Made by a program: the position numbers and the translations under genes. Below are positions 1 to 15,564 of a DNA stretch of 64,000 nt, in pieces. Where the stretch lies: the NCBI GenBank assembly GCA_951406725.2, contig OX597834.1, positions 2,790,001 through 2,854,000 on the forward strand. Direction: 5' to 3'. The notes below the pieces were generated by a model. That model worked only from the letters and a program-made list of their open reading frames with translations, ran no database searches and was not told the origin of the DNA. Every line of letters starts with the position of its first letter. The first letter of the stretch is position 1. This DNA is from Octopus vulgaris. Its lineage: Eukaryota.

Positions 1-487
1 ATGCCTGTGCAAGAAAATTTTTTTTTAAAGTGAGGAAAGGCTGTGCACTGAGTCAATCCCACTCACTAAGCAACATCAGCCATAATCCGAAAAGAAGAAC
101 AAGTCAGCATCATCGGTAACCACTGAGCCGCAGGTTTTATGTCGGAGTACCCCAGTTACCTGAGTTACCTTCTCCTAGAAGGATGCCCTAACAAAGTCTA
201 GGAGTCCTTCATTCCCAATGGTTTAACCGCGCGATCAGGTATTCAGTCCGATTATTTCTACGTCCCCGCGCATGATACAGCCTTAAGACATTTATTGGAT
301 GGCCGTTGACTCTCAAGAGTTCCTCCGCCCTTTGACGGGTTTTGTTTTTCATCCCGCAGGGTGTCCAATAAACACCCTCCTCACCAAGCAGGCTTGGTGG
401 GGTAGCCGGTTTAGTCACCGACGACCCGACCATGCAACAGGTTGTACTGGGTTACATGTTACCAGTAGCACTCGAAAGTGAACTGAC
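1..487 (-). mobile_element. 5' UTR end of an RTE-type LINE (element continues off the left edge)
   Basis: Minus strand carries GGACTCCTAGACTTTGTTAGGGCATCCTTCTAGGAGAAGGTAACTC (~162-207), resembling the conserved RTE 5' UTR motif ...CTAGGAGAAGG.AACTC. GC-rich hairpins lie upstream; the 5' end abuts (CATA)n. Confidence 0.65.
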
Positions 488-728
488 ATACATACATACG
501 TTACTTCAACATTTACCAGGACGAAAATATTTTGTCACAAATGAAATTTCATTGTTGAAATGAAACTAACGGTTTTTGTGTATTCTTAAATGGCTTACAA
601 ACATCTTCCATGCTGCAATTATTTTTGTTTCAGCACACGATCTCAGATCAAGTCACTTGCTATGCAAGTACATCTCCGTAACACGTAGACAAGAGTCTTC
701 GCGTCAAGAAACTCTTATCTTTATACTG

Positions 729-1321
<593 letters not shown>

Positions 1322-1351
1322 TATACATATCAACTCATGTGTTCCTTTTCA

Positions 1352-1418
<67 letters not shown>

Positions 1419-2508
1419 CATACAACTATATATATATATATATACATACATATATAGATTTATAATTGTGTGTGTGTAATGTATGTATGTATTTACGTAA
1501 ATGCAACCACACAGAAAGGAGCGAAAAGCTGCCACCAAAGTGAGATCAGTTCACGGTACAACTTCGATCACTTTCCAATCACGTTCTTCAAATAGAAATA
1601 CTGGAGCAGTTGAGAAGGAGATAAAATGATCGGGTAGATTCTCTATCTTTTGTAAGGGGCCTAAGTCGCTGTTCGTCCTTAAAATGATAGAGAAAGGACA
1701 CACCTGACAATTCAGTCTGCGTCGACCCCAAAATATCAGAGTTTTTCGTGAAGCCAGTCAAGTATATTGTCTAACTTAGAAACGAAATCAAAAGTGGCGA
1801 GATGGGCGTGTCTGGACTCCTGTTGGTCATAGGTCTGCTGGATCTGGGTTGAATTTGGTTAAACAACAACCATCACTACCCCCACCGCCACCAACAAGCA
1901 ACGCTAGAGCATCAACCTGGAAAGCCGTGCGATATTTAATCTGATGTTCGGTGTTCAAATCTCATCCGGCTCAACTTTACTTTTCATCATTCCCAGGTTG
2001 ATACGAAAGTCTAAAGCAGTGAATTGGTCGAACTGCAAGAATGTTGCCCTCGATGCCTTCTGGTAGTTGTTCCGGCTCTTTGAGTTCTGACTGCAAATCT
2101 CGCAATGGCTTCTATGAGTGGTACATTTAATCAGTCACCCGGTTCAGCACCAGTGGGCGGCCTTGCGCAACATTAATGGAGACTAACCCGTTATAAGCGT
2201 TCATGACAGGTCTCCGGTTTGCTGATCCTTCATAACTCCTCGCATAATTTTGGAAGTTTGCTCCTTCCTTCTTGAACAAAGAATTGAAAAATTCATACCT
2301 ATTACAAAGATTAGCAGATGGAGCCTGATTTCTAAAAGCCGGCTGATTTCTAAAAAAGAATAGCCAAATCTTGCGGGGTTAACCATATAATGTCTTAAAT
2401 AATGCAGCTTCGACGCTCTCAAAAATGAAACACACGGTATGGTACAACAGCATTCATCTTAGCCTTAAACTGTTCAATGCTGCACCACAATAATATTACA
2501 GCACACCA

Positions 2509-2748
2509 AAGCCGCAAGCTGGCAGAATCGTTAGCGCGTCGGCCAAAATGCTTAGCGGCATTTCTTCCGAGTTTGCGTTCCGTGTTCAAGTGCCGAAGAG
2601 ATCGACTTTGTCTTTCATCTTTTCGGGGTCGATAAAATAAGTACCAGTTGAGCACTGGGGAGAGTGGGGAAGGGGTCGATGTAATCGACTTCCCCCACCC
2701 CACATCTTCCGAAATATTTTGTCTTGAGCCTAAACTTGAAATCAATAT
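2509..2748 (+). mobile_element. SINE family A (tRNA-derived head, Nin/Deu-like central domain)
   Basis: Head GCTGGCAGAATCGTTAGC; core TTTCATCTTTTCGGGGTCGATAAAATAAGTACCAG; many copies in the window. Confidence 0.85.
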
Positions 2749-2819
2749 TATACCACATCACATGTCCGACTAATTTCATAAGATATCACGTTACACAACC
2801 ACCACCATCACTATGTATG

Positions 2820-2889
<70 letters not shown>

Positions 2890-2898
2890 TAGATAGAT

Positions 2899-2941
<43 letters not shown>

Positions 2942-3071
2942 AATATATGTGCGCGCACGTTTGTGAGCATGTATGCATAAATATACATGTCTACATGCAT
3001 ATATCTAGAAACATATACACATATACATATGCATATATATACACACACACACACACATACATACACACACA

Positions 3072-3104
<33 letters not shown>

Positions 3105-3500
3105 GTATGCTGGAAATCTATTTTTATGAAATATCCAAAAACATTCCAAATCTGATTGATGTGTCTTTTACGTCAGAGTAGTTGAAGGGAGAATATAAAT
3201 ACGTGTACGTGTGTGTGTGTGTGCATATATACACACAATATATATATATATATGTATATATACATATCTATATGTATAAATATGTGTGTGTGTGTGTGCG
3301 CGTGTGTCTGTATATATACATATCTATATGAATATAAGTATGTTTGTGTGTGTAAACATATATATGTATGTGTGCGTATATGCACACATATATACAAATA
3401 TATACATATCTATATGTATATATATATATGTGTGTGTGTGCGTGTGCCAATGGGTATGTATACATGTATATTTATATATACATATCTACATGTATATATA

Positions 3501-3546
<46 letters not shown>

Positions 3547-3870
3547 CTAAAGACTAATATACGCTATAAAACAAAAGTGCCCCCTGTCAAAATACGAGAT
3601 GCAGTTGTGGTGGTAGATGAGGTGGTTGTCTGCAATTTTGATGAGATTCGGTGGTGAGGGTCGCGGTAGGGGTGTACGATTTATTGGAATCCAGTGGGAA
3701 TTAGCCTTTCTCTCTTCCTCACACACCTCCCAACCTTCTCTCTCTTTCACTATACACACTGTAATATACATATGCATACATAAATATGTGTGTGTGTGTG
3801 TATGTAATTACTCCTTATTTCGTTTGCTTATTTGTTGTTCTTCATAATGATGTTTCCTGTTAAGATGATT

Positions 3871-3905
<35 letters not shown>

Positions 3906-4449
3906 TTTTGTTGTCACTGTTGTTCTTGTTGTTGTTTTGGCCGCAGTGCGGGTCCATGTTGTCTCATCTTTTAACGTGGGTGGATGACCGTCAGATGGTT
4001 GGCGCTGCCACATGTGTGGCACCATGTCTCTCCAACCTTCCCTCGATTCTTGCAGTTGGAAGTGCAATTCCTTGTCGGGTTTTCTGTCTTGTTCTTGGAT
4101 TAAGACTATTTCAGAGCAGATTTTTAGACTACACAACTTGACGCCCAGAACTGTGGCACCCTCCTCTCCCCTCCCCTCACTCTCAGACAACACATGGCAC
4201 CAAACTACCATATACTGAACCGTTCCATTTTATCGTTTATGAAATTTATTGCTTACTTTGCATTTTTTACAATTAAATCTCTGTTAACCCCTCACCCTAC
4301 CCCACTGTTTTTGTAGAATGTCCAGTTAATTAAAATTCTTCACATCCAGAACTCTTGAGATAAATATTATCGTTGTTGTTGTTGTTTTGTTGAAAAGCAA
4401 AATACTGGGTCGCGGTAATCAACTAAGCCTGCTCCCTCCCAAGATTTCT

Positions 4450-4590
4450 TGCTTCGTCGCTGGTAGAACCCGAAGTGCGTCGCAAAAAGTGCTTAGTGGC
4501 ATTTCTTCTGACTCTCTACGCTCTGAGTTCCAATTCCACCGTCATCAGCTTTGTCAATATTTCATACCTTGGGCCAAATTTTGAAGCTAC
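4450..4590 (+). mobile_element. Degenerate SINE family A fragment
   Basis: gctggtagaac...gcttagtggcatttc...ctctgagttccaattcc matches the family A head and body. Confidence 0.6.
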
Positions 4591-4620
4591 TACTACTACT
4601 ACAAACACTGCTGCTGCTGC

Positions 4621-4659
<39 letters not shown>

Positions 4660-5087
4660 CAGTACTACTACTACAAATGTAATTTTAATCGTCATCATCA
4701 TTATCATCACCATCATCATGGTCATCGTCATCGCCATCGTCATCGTCATCATCATCATCATCATCATCATATAAATAACATCCAAAATAACAACAACAAC
4801 AACAACAACAAATACAACAACCGCACCACGACCACCACCACCGAGAACAATAACCCCCGACATTGATCTGACACCCAATAATGCTCTGTAAATGATGGAT
4901 ATCTTTGCAGCAGTCACGTGACTACGATGCAGGTTCCGCTAATAACACACATGTATGCAGACATGCACTTTCTACTGCGCCTAACTGCATAACTTCGGCT
5001 CAGCGGTCGGCCTTTCTGCTGCAAATCGAATAAAGGATGAGCTCCGCAGTAACAATGGTGTGAACGCTTTATCTGCTATGGATTAAT

Positions 5088-5730
<643 letters not shown>

Positions 5731-6028
5731 TTATGATGGAGTGTGAATGTATGCGTGCGTGTTCATAGGTTTATGTATGTCTGTGCGTATGTATGCGTGT
5801 GGGGGGCCGGTTACAGGCAGTCCTGTTGAACTATTTGCAGGAGGACTATTTCTGTCCGTCTATCTTATCTATCTATCCATCTATCCATACATCATCTATC
5901 TATCGACCTATATACTTACACATGCACTCACACACACGCACACACACGCACACGCACACACACGCACACGCACACACACATACCCACACACACGTGCACG
6001 CACATACCCACTTTCACACATATAATAC

Positions 6029-6029
<1 letters not shown>

Positions 6030-6069
<40 letters not shown>

Positions 6070-6096
6070 CACACACATAATATATATACATACACA

Positions 6097-6150
<54 letters not shown>

Positions 6151-6156
6151 ATGTAT

Positions 6157-6191
<35 letters not shown>

Positions 6192-6247
6192 TAGATAAAT
6201 AGACTGATATGGTGGTAGACGTCTATCTATATCTGTATATATCTATA

Positions 6248-6302
<55 letters not shown>

Positions 6303-6648
6303 GGTGTGTATGTATATATATTATGTGTATATATATATATATGTGTGTGTGTGTGTATGAGTGTATGTACATATAAATATATACACACACATATATGTGT
6401 CTATATATACATACATATATATATATGCATATGTTTATATCAATAAATATATTTATCCGGCTATCTATTTATCTCTATCTGCCTCTCTTCTCTTTCTCTC
6501 TCTCCCTCTCTCTCTCTCGGCCTGTCTCTCTTTGTGTATGTATGTATCTATCTTTCTTTCTCTCTATCTATCTATTTTTGTACCTATCTGTTTATCTATC
6601 TTTTTATCAATTTATGTATGTATGTATGTATGTATGTATGTATGTATG

Positions 6649-6735
<87 letters not shown>

Positions 6736-6786
6736 CTATCTCTCTCTATATCTATCTATCTATCTATCCATCTATCTAACTATCTT

Positions 6787-6849
<63 letters not shown>

Positions 6850-7010
6850 GTCTATCTGTGTGTCTATCTATCTGTCTATCTATCTGTCTATCAATCTATC
6901 TGTGTGTCTATCTATCTGTCTATCTATCTGTCTATCAATCTATCTATCTGTCTATCTACCTACCTATCTATCTACTTATCTATCTCTCTATCTGTCTATC
7001 TATCTGTCTA

Positions 7011-7075
<65 letters not shown>
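6030..7075. repeat. Compound microsatellite block (TA)n/(TATG)n/(TCTA)n/(TC)n
   Basis: Read directly; explains the IYLS-repeat pseudo-ORFs. Confidence 0.95.
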
Positions 7076-7076
<1 letters not shown>

Positions 7077-7453
7077 CCGCAGCCATTCCAGTAAACATTC
7101 AGCCACAAACAATGTTTATAATCCAACAGAAAAGCTATTATGCCTGCAGTTTCATAATTACAAATATCGTTGTATAGGTCAGTTTGTAATGGCGGCCAGG
7201 AGAATGCCAAAGCGGGTGACCTAGAAGCTTCTAAAGACGAGGACCAGTTGAAAAGGAGATAATCTTGTTTGAATTGATCATTCTATACACTCGTGATAGC
7301 ACAAAATAATTACACACAATCAGTAAATGTTACTGCTTGTACGAGTTTATATGTGTGTGCGTATGTGTGCACGCGTGTGTGCTAACAGATATATATGTGT
7401 GTATGTGTATGTGTTAATGTAGGCATATATATATAATACATATATTTTGTAAA

Positions 7454-7507
<54 letters not shown>

Positions 7508-7579
7508 CATCTATATATATGTGTGTATATATGTATGCAAGTGTATGTATGTATGTATGTGTATATATATGTATGTATG

Positions 7580-7680
<101 letters not shown>

Positions 7681-7844
7681 AAATGAGTAGAGATGACTTT
7701 TTGAGGATAATTGTTATTTTAATAATAATATATACAGTGAGTCACTGTAAACATTATTCCCAAAATAATTATCCCCCAAAAAACAACTCTATTCATTGTT
7801 TCAAATATATAAATATTGCACCAAGAACCTTTTTAGTTTTCTAC

Positions 7845-7891
<47 letters not shown>

Positions 7892-7965
7892 GCATGTCTA
7901 TGTATACAGAAATATATTCATATACAAATTAAATAGATTGTGTACATACGTTCATTCATACATGC

Positions 7966-7998
<33 letters not shown>

Positions 7999-8050
7999 CA
8001 TGTGTGTGTATGTGTATTCGTATTTATATATCTATTTATCTATTTATATA

Positions 8051-8910
8051 CAGAGTGTGTGGAAAGTAACTAGGCATCAGAAATTGTTTATAGAATTTTT
8101 AGTATCACTGAAGTCATGACGACAACACTTTTTTTAAACAGACAACACTAATGGGGATTCCTTATTTTCTTATTGTCTTTTTCCTTTTTTCTTAATTCGC
8201 AGCTGACCCGCCGCTTGGCTGTTCAGGAACGAGCTAAGATAGCACCACGCTATGAAGTGTGGAATTCCATTGTTTTGGTTCGGAGGTAAGCATGCAACAC
8301 TACGTCCAGACACTATGAAATGTTGTCATGCAAAGCTGATGACCACGGGCTCTGTGAACGATGCAATAAGTGGCCGTCCAACTACATCCCGGTCAGTGGA
8401 GGAAATGCTTAAGTGCAGCCGGCAAAAATCAACACGTCAAGCAGCTCGTGAAAGTGGACCAACAAGACGCCCAATACGTACGGTGTTGCATAAAGAATTG
8501 AATTTTCGTCCGTGGAAACCCGATTACGAGCAGGAGCTAAAGCTTGAAGACAGTTGCTGTAAAAGTCCAGAACTCCAAGAAATCCAGATCTCACTCTATG
8601 TGTTTTTTACCTGTGGGGTTACACAAAAGAGGAGGTGTACAAAACAAAATCTCGCACACCGGAAGACTTGGAGACACGGATTTAGGAGGTTCGCAATGAT
8701 ATTCCAGACGTCGTCCTTCAGGCTGTTCTTTCTATCCTTGGCCGTTTGAGGAAACTGGTTGACCCCACCGGTGCTGACGTTGAAATTTGAACATATACTT
8801 TCATTTTCCCATGTAATAAATCCCATGTATCATTTGTTTCAATAAATTTGTAAAAGCAATATGGAGTTTATTACCAGTTTTTAATGCCTAATTACTTTTC
8901 ACCCACCCAA
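8051..8910 (+). mobile_element. Internally deleted Tc1/mariner-superfamily DNA transposon
   Basis: Imperfect TIRs (cagagtgtgtggaaagtaactaggcat / atgcctaattacttttcacccaccc) with TA flanks. Transposase remnants SGRPTTSR...KSTRQAARE...VLHKELNFRPWK, plus a frameshifted SPDL..FF.WG-like segment. Confidence 0.8.
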
Positions 8911-8962
8911 CATATATATATATATATATTTAAAAAAGGAGATGTGGAACACGAGTTGTGAT

Positions 8963-9206
8963 ATATAAAAAAGGAAATGAAGAAAATGCTGACAAAATAA
9001 TTTAAGTAATTTAAGTAATTTAATTAGGTGAAAGTTCTTTTTACCGGTTGCGCATTTGTTATGCTTATCAAAAGTTTTTTCCTCTTATCTGGATAAGAGG
9101 AAAAAACTTTTGATAAGCAAAACAAATGCGCAACCGCAAAAAGAACTTTCACCTAATTAAATTACTTAAATTACTTAAATTATTTTGTCAGCATTTTCTT
9201 CATTTC

Positions 9207-9216
<10 letters not shown>
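8963..9216. repeat. Near-perfect palindrome, ~120-bp arms with 2-nt spacer, pLTR-derived
   Basis: Centre cctcttatc-tg-gataagagg at 9081-9100; arms match out to aaggaaatgaagaaaatgctgac / gtcagcattttcttcatttcctt. Confidence 0.9.
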
Positions 9217-9268
<52 letters not shown>

Positions 9269-9394
9269 TATTTAAATCTGTATGTTTTTTTCTTTTTCTT
9301 ATCCTTCGTCGCTTTCTGCCTCTCTTTTCCATCCCTTTTCTTTCCTTTGCTTACATATAAATACATGAAATACTTGCCGCGCTTTATTTCACGA

Positions 9395-10430
9395 GATATT
9401 TAGATGTTTCGGTGACTATACACCTCATCAGTTGGTGAAGAGAGTTATTCACTCAGTCACACAATATATAAAGTTGTTCACATCAAGAGTAGTTGATATA
9501 TAAATCGACCAGGAACAGACAAAGGAATAAAACAACTCTTTCCAACGATGGCTGCTACAGTAACTGTTAAAATATTCTTCTCGCGCGTGACAAACTAGTT
9601 TATTCCACCACTCAACAGGTTATACCGATAGATTTATCCACAAAGCGTTTTAAAGCTCTAGTCGTCTTTTGCACGAACAAAATTACTGACAAACAAGCTC
9701 TCAGTCTACTTTAAAACTGTTTGAAAAAATAGCTTTAAAATTGTTATGACGTAATCGATAAGGCAGTCGTGTTGAATAAGACTGATGTGCAGTTCGATTG
9801 CCCTCAAAGAACTTGTGTGAATTCTGTCGCAAGTAAGTGTCTTAGACTGATTCCAATGTGTGAAGACCAATGAGGTACACTCAGAGGTGAAATGGCTCAG
9901 AAATTTAGAAACGTACTACAGAAAGTAAAACTGATAATCAAAGAAGCAGAAAAGCCACTAATATGTAATAAGTGATACGCATTTAAGAAAAAACCTAGCA
10001 TTGACAACGACTGCAGAGTGTGCAGAACCAGCCCCACCCGCAAAAAAATGCTAAATTAAAAATGTAATGTATCTCATGAGATGCAGGGAGATGCAGTATA
10101 GGGACACCACGACAACCTACATGGGAGAAATGACCCGCAGTAAAGGTGAAACGGTTGCGGAGTACTGGAGAGACTACATTGAAAGCAAGCAAACATTCAT
10201 ACGCTACCAACATTCCGTACGGAAACATACTGGATCAATTAAAATGGTGAAGTATAAATAAAACTCTTCCACACATTAAAAGACCCAAAGCTGAAACAAA
10301 ATACTGCGGTTGTAGGATAGGAACCGATACTCACTCTACGCATGTATACGACACAAGGAATGCGTGGAGTAACAACGGCACATTAGACACAACTCGACAC
10401 CATCATAATAACAGAATAAGAATGCAACAT
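9395..10430 (+). mobile_element. Decayed Penelope-like element (GIY-YIG remnant) with inverted hammerhead-bearing terminus
   Basis: 10061-10261 translates NVMYLMRC...TYMGEMTRSKGE..AEY..D...YQH...KH, like the PLE motif NVVY...C...YIGET.R...ER..EH. Minus strand 9406-9431 reads CTGATGA-GGTG-tatagt-CACC-GAAAC. Confidence 0.65.
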
Positions 10431-10439
10431 ATATATATA

Positions 10440-10964
10440 TAGGGTGTCCCAAAAGTCACTGATGGCTTTCAAATTTTAATAACTTCCTTAACTTTACAAA
10501 TAAATGCATGAAGTTTTGACACAACGTAATGGAAATTAATTTGCACAAGTCACATTTTGCAACACCACTACATCACATATGAAAAATGACGTCGCTTAAA
10601 TGGCAGCCATAACACCCTCGAGATTTTCAGACCCCACTTCTCTGATTTTTCTATTGATGTTCTCCTTCAGTTGCACCAGGGTCTCCGGTTTGTTGACGTA
10701 ATCCTTCTCTTTCAGGTATCCCCACAAAAAAAAAATCCGGCTTAGTCAAGTGTGAGGAACATGAAGACCAGTTGATATTGCCGTAGCGGGAGAGATTATT
10801 CTCTCGGCAAAGCTCTGCCGTAGCAACTGCATTGTTTCTCTTGCAATATGAGCAGTTGCCCCATTTTCCTGGAACCATGTATGAGGTCTACCTTGAATGA
10901 CCAGGCGCAAAACGGTCTCAACCATGGATACTTGAAAGTGAGGGTTTACTTTTGGGACACCCGA
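10440..10964 (-). mobile_element. Internally deleted Tc1/mariner-superfamily transposon
   Basis: TIRs agggtgtcccaaaagt / acttttgggacacccg with TA flanks. Minus-strand remnant NWSSCSSHLTKPDFFF, like WPPRSPDLTPLDFFLWG. Confidence 0.8.
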
Positions 10965-11041
<77 letters not shown>

Positions 11042-11845
11042 GTATATATATATATATACATATGTATATATATATATTATATATATATATATGCATTTAT
11101 ATATATGCATTTATATATATACATATATATATAAACACTGTCAAACAAATTGATGGATCGCTGAATTTTTTTCTGTAGAGTAACATATTTTATTTTTACA
11201 TTGTAAATTTTGATAGTGACTTCGATATTCCGGTGTAATGGCCTTCATTATACTCTGTAGTAAAGAAGAAGAAACCTATACTTCGAAGTAACTGCCGACA
11301 TTTTCCCTTATTCCTATATTTACATACATCCATTACATTACATACAAACACACACACACACATATACACACCCACATACATACACACACACACATAAAGG
11401 GATAGATTATAGAGATATGCATACATACATACACACAGGCAGACAAACAGATAAATAGATAGATAAACACACATATTTTTCAGTGCGTATGTATGTATAT
11501 GCAAGAATGTGTGAATGTATACATGTAGGTATGCATGCGTTATGTATGCATACATACTTGCATAAATACAGCCATATTCGAGTATGCATGTGTGTGTGTA
11601 TGTATGTATGCGTGTATACATTTGCAAATATATAAAGCTATGTATCAGCAATCCTAACCTGGCCTTAGGTGAGACAATGATCTATAGATTTACAGAAAAT
11701 GGAAATCAATAATAAACAGTATTTATTCAGGAAGTTTCTAACATTTCAAATTAAATATTATCACCTGTATTTATACACATGTATATGCATGTATATCTCT
11801 ATCTATCTCTATCTGTTTATCTGTTTATCTATCTATCTATCTATC

Positions 11846-11935
<90 letters not shown>

Positions 11936-11975
11936 CAGTAGTAGTAGTAGTAGTAGTAGCAGTAGTAGTAGTAGT

Positions 11976-12205
11976 AAGGGGGCGAGCTGGCAGTATCGTT
12001 AGCGCGCTGGACGAAATGCTTAGCAGCAATTTCGCCCGTCGCTACGTTCTGAGTTCAAAATCCGCCGAGGTCTACTTTGCCTTTCATCCTATCAGGATCG
12101 ATAAAATAAGTACCAGTTGAACACTGGGGGGTTGATGTAATCGACTCGACCCCTCCTCCGAAATGGCTGCCCTTGTGGCAAAATTTGATTATTGGTGAAA
12201 CCATT
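11976..12205 (+). mobile_element. SINE family A, inserted in (TAG)n
   Basis: GGCGAGCTGGCAGTATCGTTAGC...GTTCTGAGTTCAAA...GATAAAATAAGTACCAG. Confidence 0.85.
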
Positions 12206-12210
12206 ATTAT

Positions 12211-12265
<55 letters not shown>

Positions 12266-12543
12266 CAGGTAGGGAGCCGGCAGAATCGTTTGCACGCCGG
12301 GCAAAATGGCTATGATGCTCCCCACTACTTCTGCTCGTGATCAGAGATGCACATATATCAGCCTCCAAGGAACATATTCGACTGGTTATGGTCCAACAAC
12401 TGACAAGCAAATCTGTGGTTTTGAGCAGAATATTTGCTGTAGCCTATCACGACAAAACATGTAAATGATAACTCTTCCAATCAGTTAAGACCAGCAACCA
12501 TGAGAGCCTGTGCCTGGTATTGCATCAGGGCATATGTATGTTT

Positions 12544-12655
12544 GTCATTATTCAGTTTATTTCAAGATTTCTTGCCAATAGAGAAGGAACCGGTTTCTCA
12601 CCTTGATCCAAGGCTCCTTTATTGGAATTTCAACATCAACAACAGGATATTTTTT
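12544..12655 (-). mobile_element. ~110-bp dispersed repeat, probable LINE 3' end (second copy at 20518-20628)
   Basis: gtcattattcagttt(t)atttcaagatttcttgccaatagagaagga occurs at both loci; the minus strand ends with AATAAA and runs into (CATA)n. Confidence 0.65.
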
Positions 12656-13500
12656 GTATGTATGTATTTATGTGCAGATTTTTATCTATGCATGTATGTA
12701 TTTATGTATTGCGACCAAAACTTGCTGTTAAAACTTACTGCAACTAAAACTTAAAGTTAAAGGGAACGCAGCAAAATATCTCGGCGCAGAAAAGTCAGGA
12801 ATTTACAATATCCTTTACGAATGATAATAATTATTGTTGGCTAATCAATTTCCTAATTTTGCTCAGTAAAGGAACAATAAAACAACATCGAAATTTTAAC
12901 TGATCAAAAAATTAATCAAATATATGAACGTCAGGGCAAGAGTGCCCAATCTTTAGCCGTGGACGACGATCTCGGACATGTTTCTACTTCATTAGCCCTC
13001 ATTAGTGATACTAATTCTAGCTGTTACTCTATATATTGATTCAGTATAGACGTCTATAATATATATGTGAACTCGGAGTGTGGCTATGATTACAAATATT
13101 TTGATTGGTTAGTATGGTATGTAGATTTGATGAGTATATGTCTAGGGTTAGTGAGTGTAGAGATAATTTTAAAATATTGATTAGTCACAAGGAATTGTAT
13201 AAATTGATAATCAAATTATATAGAGGGCGCTGATAGATTATTTATGTAATAAAATGTCATGGAGTAAAATTATGGTTCTCATTATTCGCGATTTCAACAC
13301 TCGAATATTATGTACATCCGTGTGTGTGTGTGTGTGTGAATGTGTGTGTATGTGTGTGTGCGTGTGTGAATGCGTGCGTGTGTGCATATAACCATCTGTG
13401 TGTACGCATATATATAGATATATATAAGTATATATATACATGTATGTATATATAGTGTATACATATGTAAATACATACACACGCATACACACACTCATTT

Positions 13501-13541
<41 letters not shown>

Positions 13542-14177
13542 GATATGCATATATACGTATGTATGTGTATGTTTATAAATATATATGTAATGTATATATA
13601 CATGTATATATATATATATATACATACACACACACACGCACATATAGCACAGATTCGTACATAATTACATATATACATTTATATATATACATATATATAT
13701 ATATAAAGTATATTCATATGTATATATATATATGTATGTATGTATATATACATATATAGGCACACACACACACATGTACGCGTACATCTCAGCGAATTTG
13801 TATATATGTGTGTGTATCTATGTATGTCCCAACAATATTGACAATTTTCCGTAAATATATAAACAGTGACCTTCATACAATTTAATTATCCTCTTTCGAA
13901 CAAACTCCATACTCCTACAACAGACATTTCTATATACACACCTATAAATGTGTGTGTGTATTTATTTGTTTGAGCATGCGCGCGCGCGCGTGTGTTACAC
14001 TCACTAAGCGACATATTTCTGTTTGTTCTTGTTTGTTGTTGCTCTTTTTATTTATATACTATGTTTCTGCTGTTGTTGTTGTTGTTGTTGCAGTTCATTC
14101 ATATATATATTTCATATTTGTCCATTGTTTAGCATCTGCAATGGTTCGATAGGAAACATCACAATACGTACAAGCGA

Positions 14178-14233
<56 letters not shown>

Positions 14234-14531
14234 ATGTATATACATGTATGTATGCACATGTGTGTGTGTATATATGTGTGTGTATAAATACATACATACA
14301 TATAAAGAAAAATATATATACATATATATGCAAATGTATATATTTATACACACAAACACACACACGCACACACACACCTATATATACATATATATACATT
14401 CCTTTATGTACACTGTTTTGTTCTATATTATTATGTTTGACCTTAATGTTTCTTATATGGTGGTTTAATAAAGTATGTGATTGGGTATTATCTGGTAGTT
14501 GATATTTGATGTGGATGTATCTCTCCATTTT

Positions 14532-14575
<44 letters not shown>

Positions 14576-14994
14576 TATACATAAATAAGCGTGAATAAAG
14601 ACTTATACACAGAGAGAAGACTCATGAGGGGAATTCTTACATGCTAAAAAGGCCATTTGAATCTATAATGTACAAGGATGCAGGCTGCACGTGATTTTTG
14701 GGGTACTTATTAAGCTACACAATTATCTATTGTGTTAGCGATCCCATTGATAATCTGCGGATGACAAATTAAGTTATTTGCTCATTAAAAGGGAAACTCG
14801 AGTATGGGATTAACTAACAGTAATTCCTTTCATTCTAGTGCCATTATCGGCGTGCGCCTAGAATGAATTTTTCATGATTTGGATTTAACTTCCCTTTTTA
14901 TCACTGGTAATAAATTATTCTACTTTTGTACCCTTATGATTTACACTGTATATATATATGTACACACACACACACACACACATACATATATATA

Positions 14995-15205
14995 GAAATT
15001 GGTTACAAGTTTTGGCACAATGGCAGCAATTTCGAGAAGTTGATTTCATCGATCTCAGTGTGTAACTGGTACTTAATTTATCGACCCCGAAAGGATGAAA
15101 GCCAAAGTTGATCTCGGGGGAATTTGAACTCAGAACGTAAAACTGGACGAAACACCGCTCAGTATTTCGCCCGTTCGTGTAAACGATTCTACCAAGTCGC
15201 CATCT
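14995..15205 (-). mobile_element. SINE family A
   Basis: ctggtacttaatttatcgaccccgaaaggatgaaag...gaatttgaactcagaacg. Confidence 0.8.
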
Positions 15206-15519
15206 TATATTATATATAAAGTCTACAGTTTTTCCATGGAAACGAAATGAAATCCACTGAAATAAAATAAAACGTTAAATATTTACGTTATTACATTTAA
15301 GAATATTTCGTTCAGCAGTTCATGAACCTTGGCCTCTACTCCAACATTACCAGTAACGTGTGTGTGTGTATTTCAGATGCACAGAACTCTGCCTTATACT
15401 CCTCCGTATTGGATTGCTATGGGGTCTGCTAGCCGGGCCCTCAAGAAGAGCTCTCCATGATACCCAGAAGATTTATATATATGTATATGTGTGTGTGTGT
15501 ATGTATGCGTTTATACATG

Positions 15520-15559
<40 letters not shown>

Positions 15560-15564
15560 ATGTA

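Noticed and set aside
2130-2490. Possible old CR1 3' remnant (LKLFNAAP)
   Set aside because: Only one short motif; insufficient for a call.
3828-4218. Overlapping ORFs in non-repetitive sequence
   Set aside because: No recognisable domain or convincing splice sites; they run into (AAT)n.
7165-7262. Plus-strand TAG|GTCAGT recursive-like site
   Set aside because: No polypyrimidine tract.
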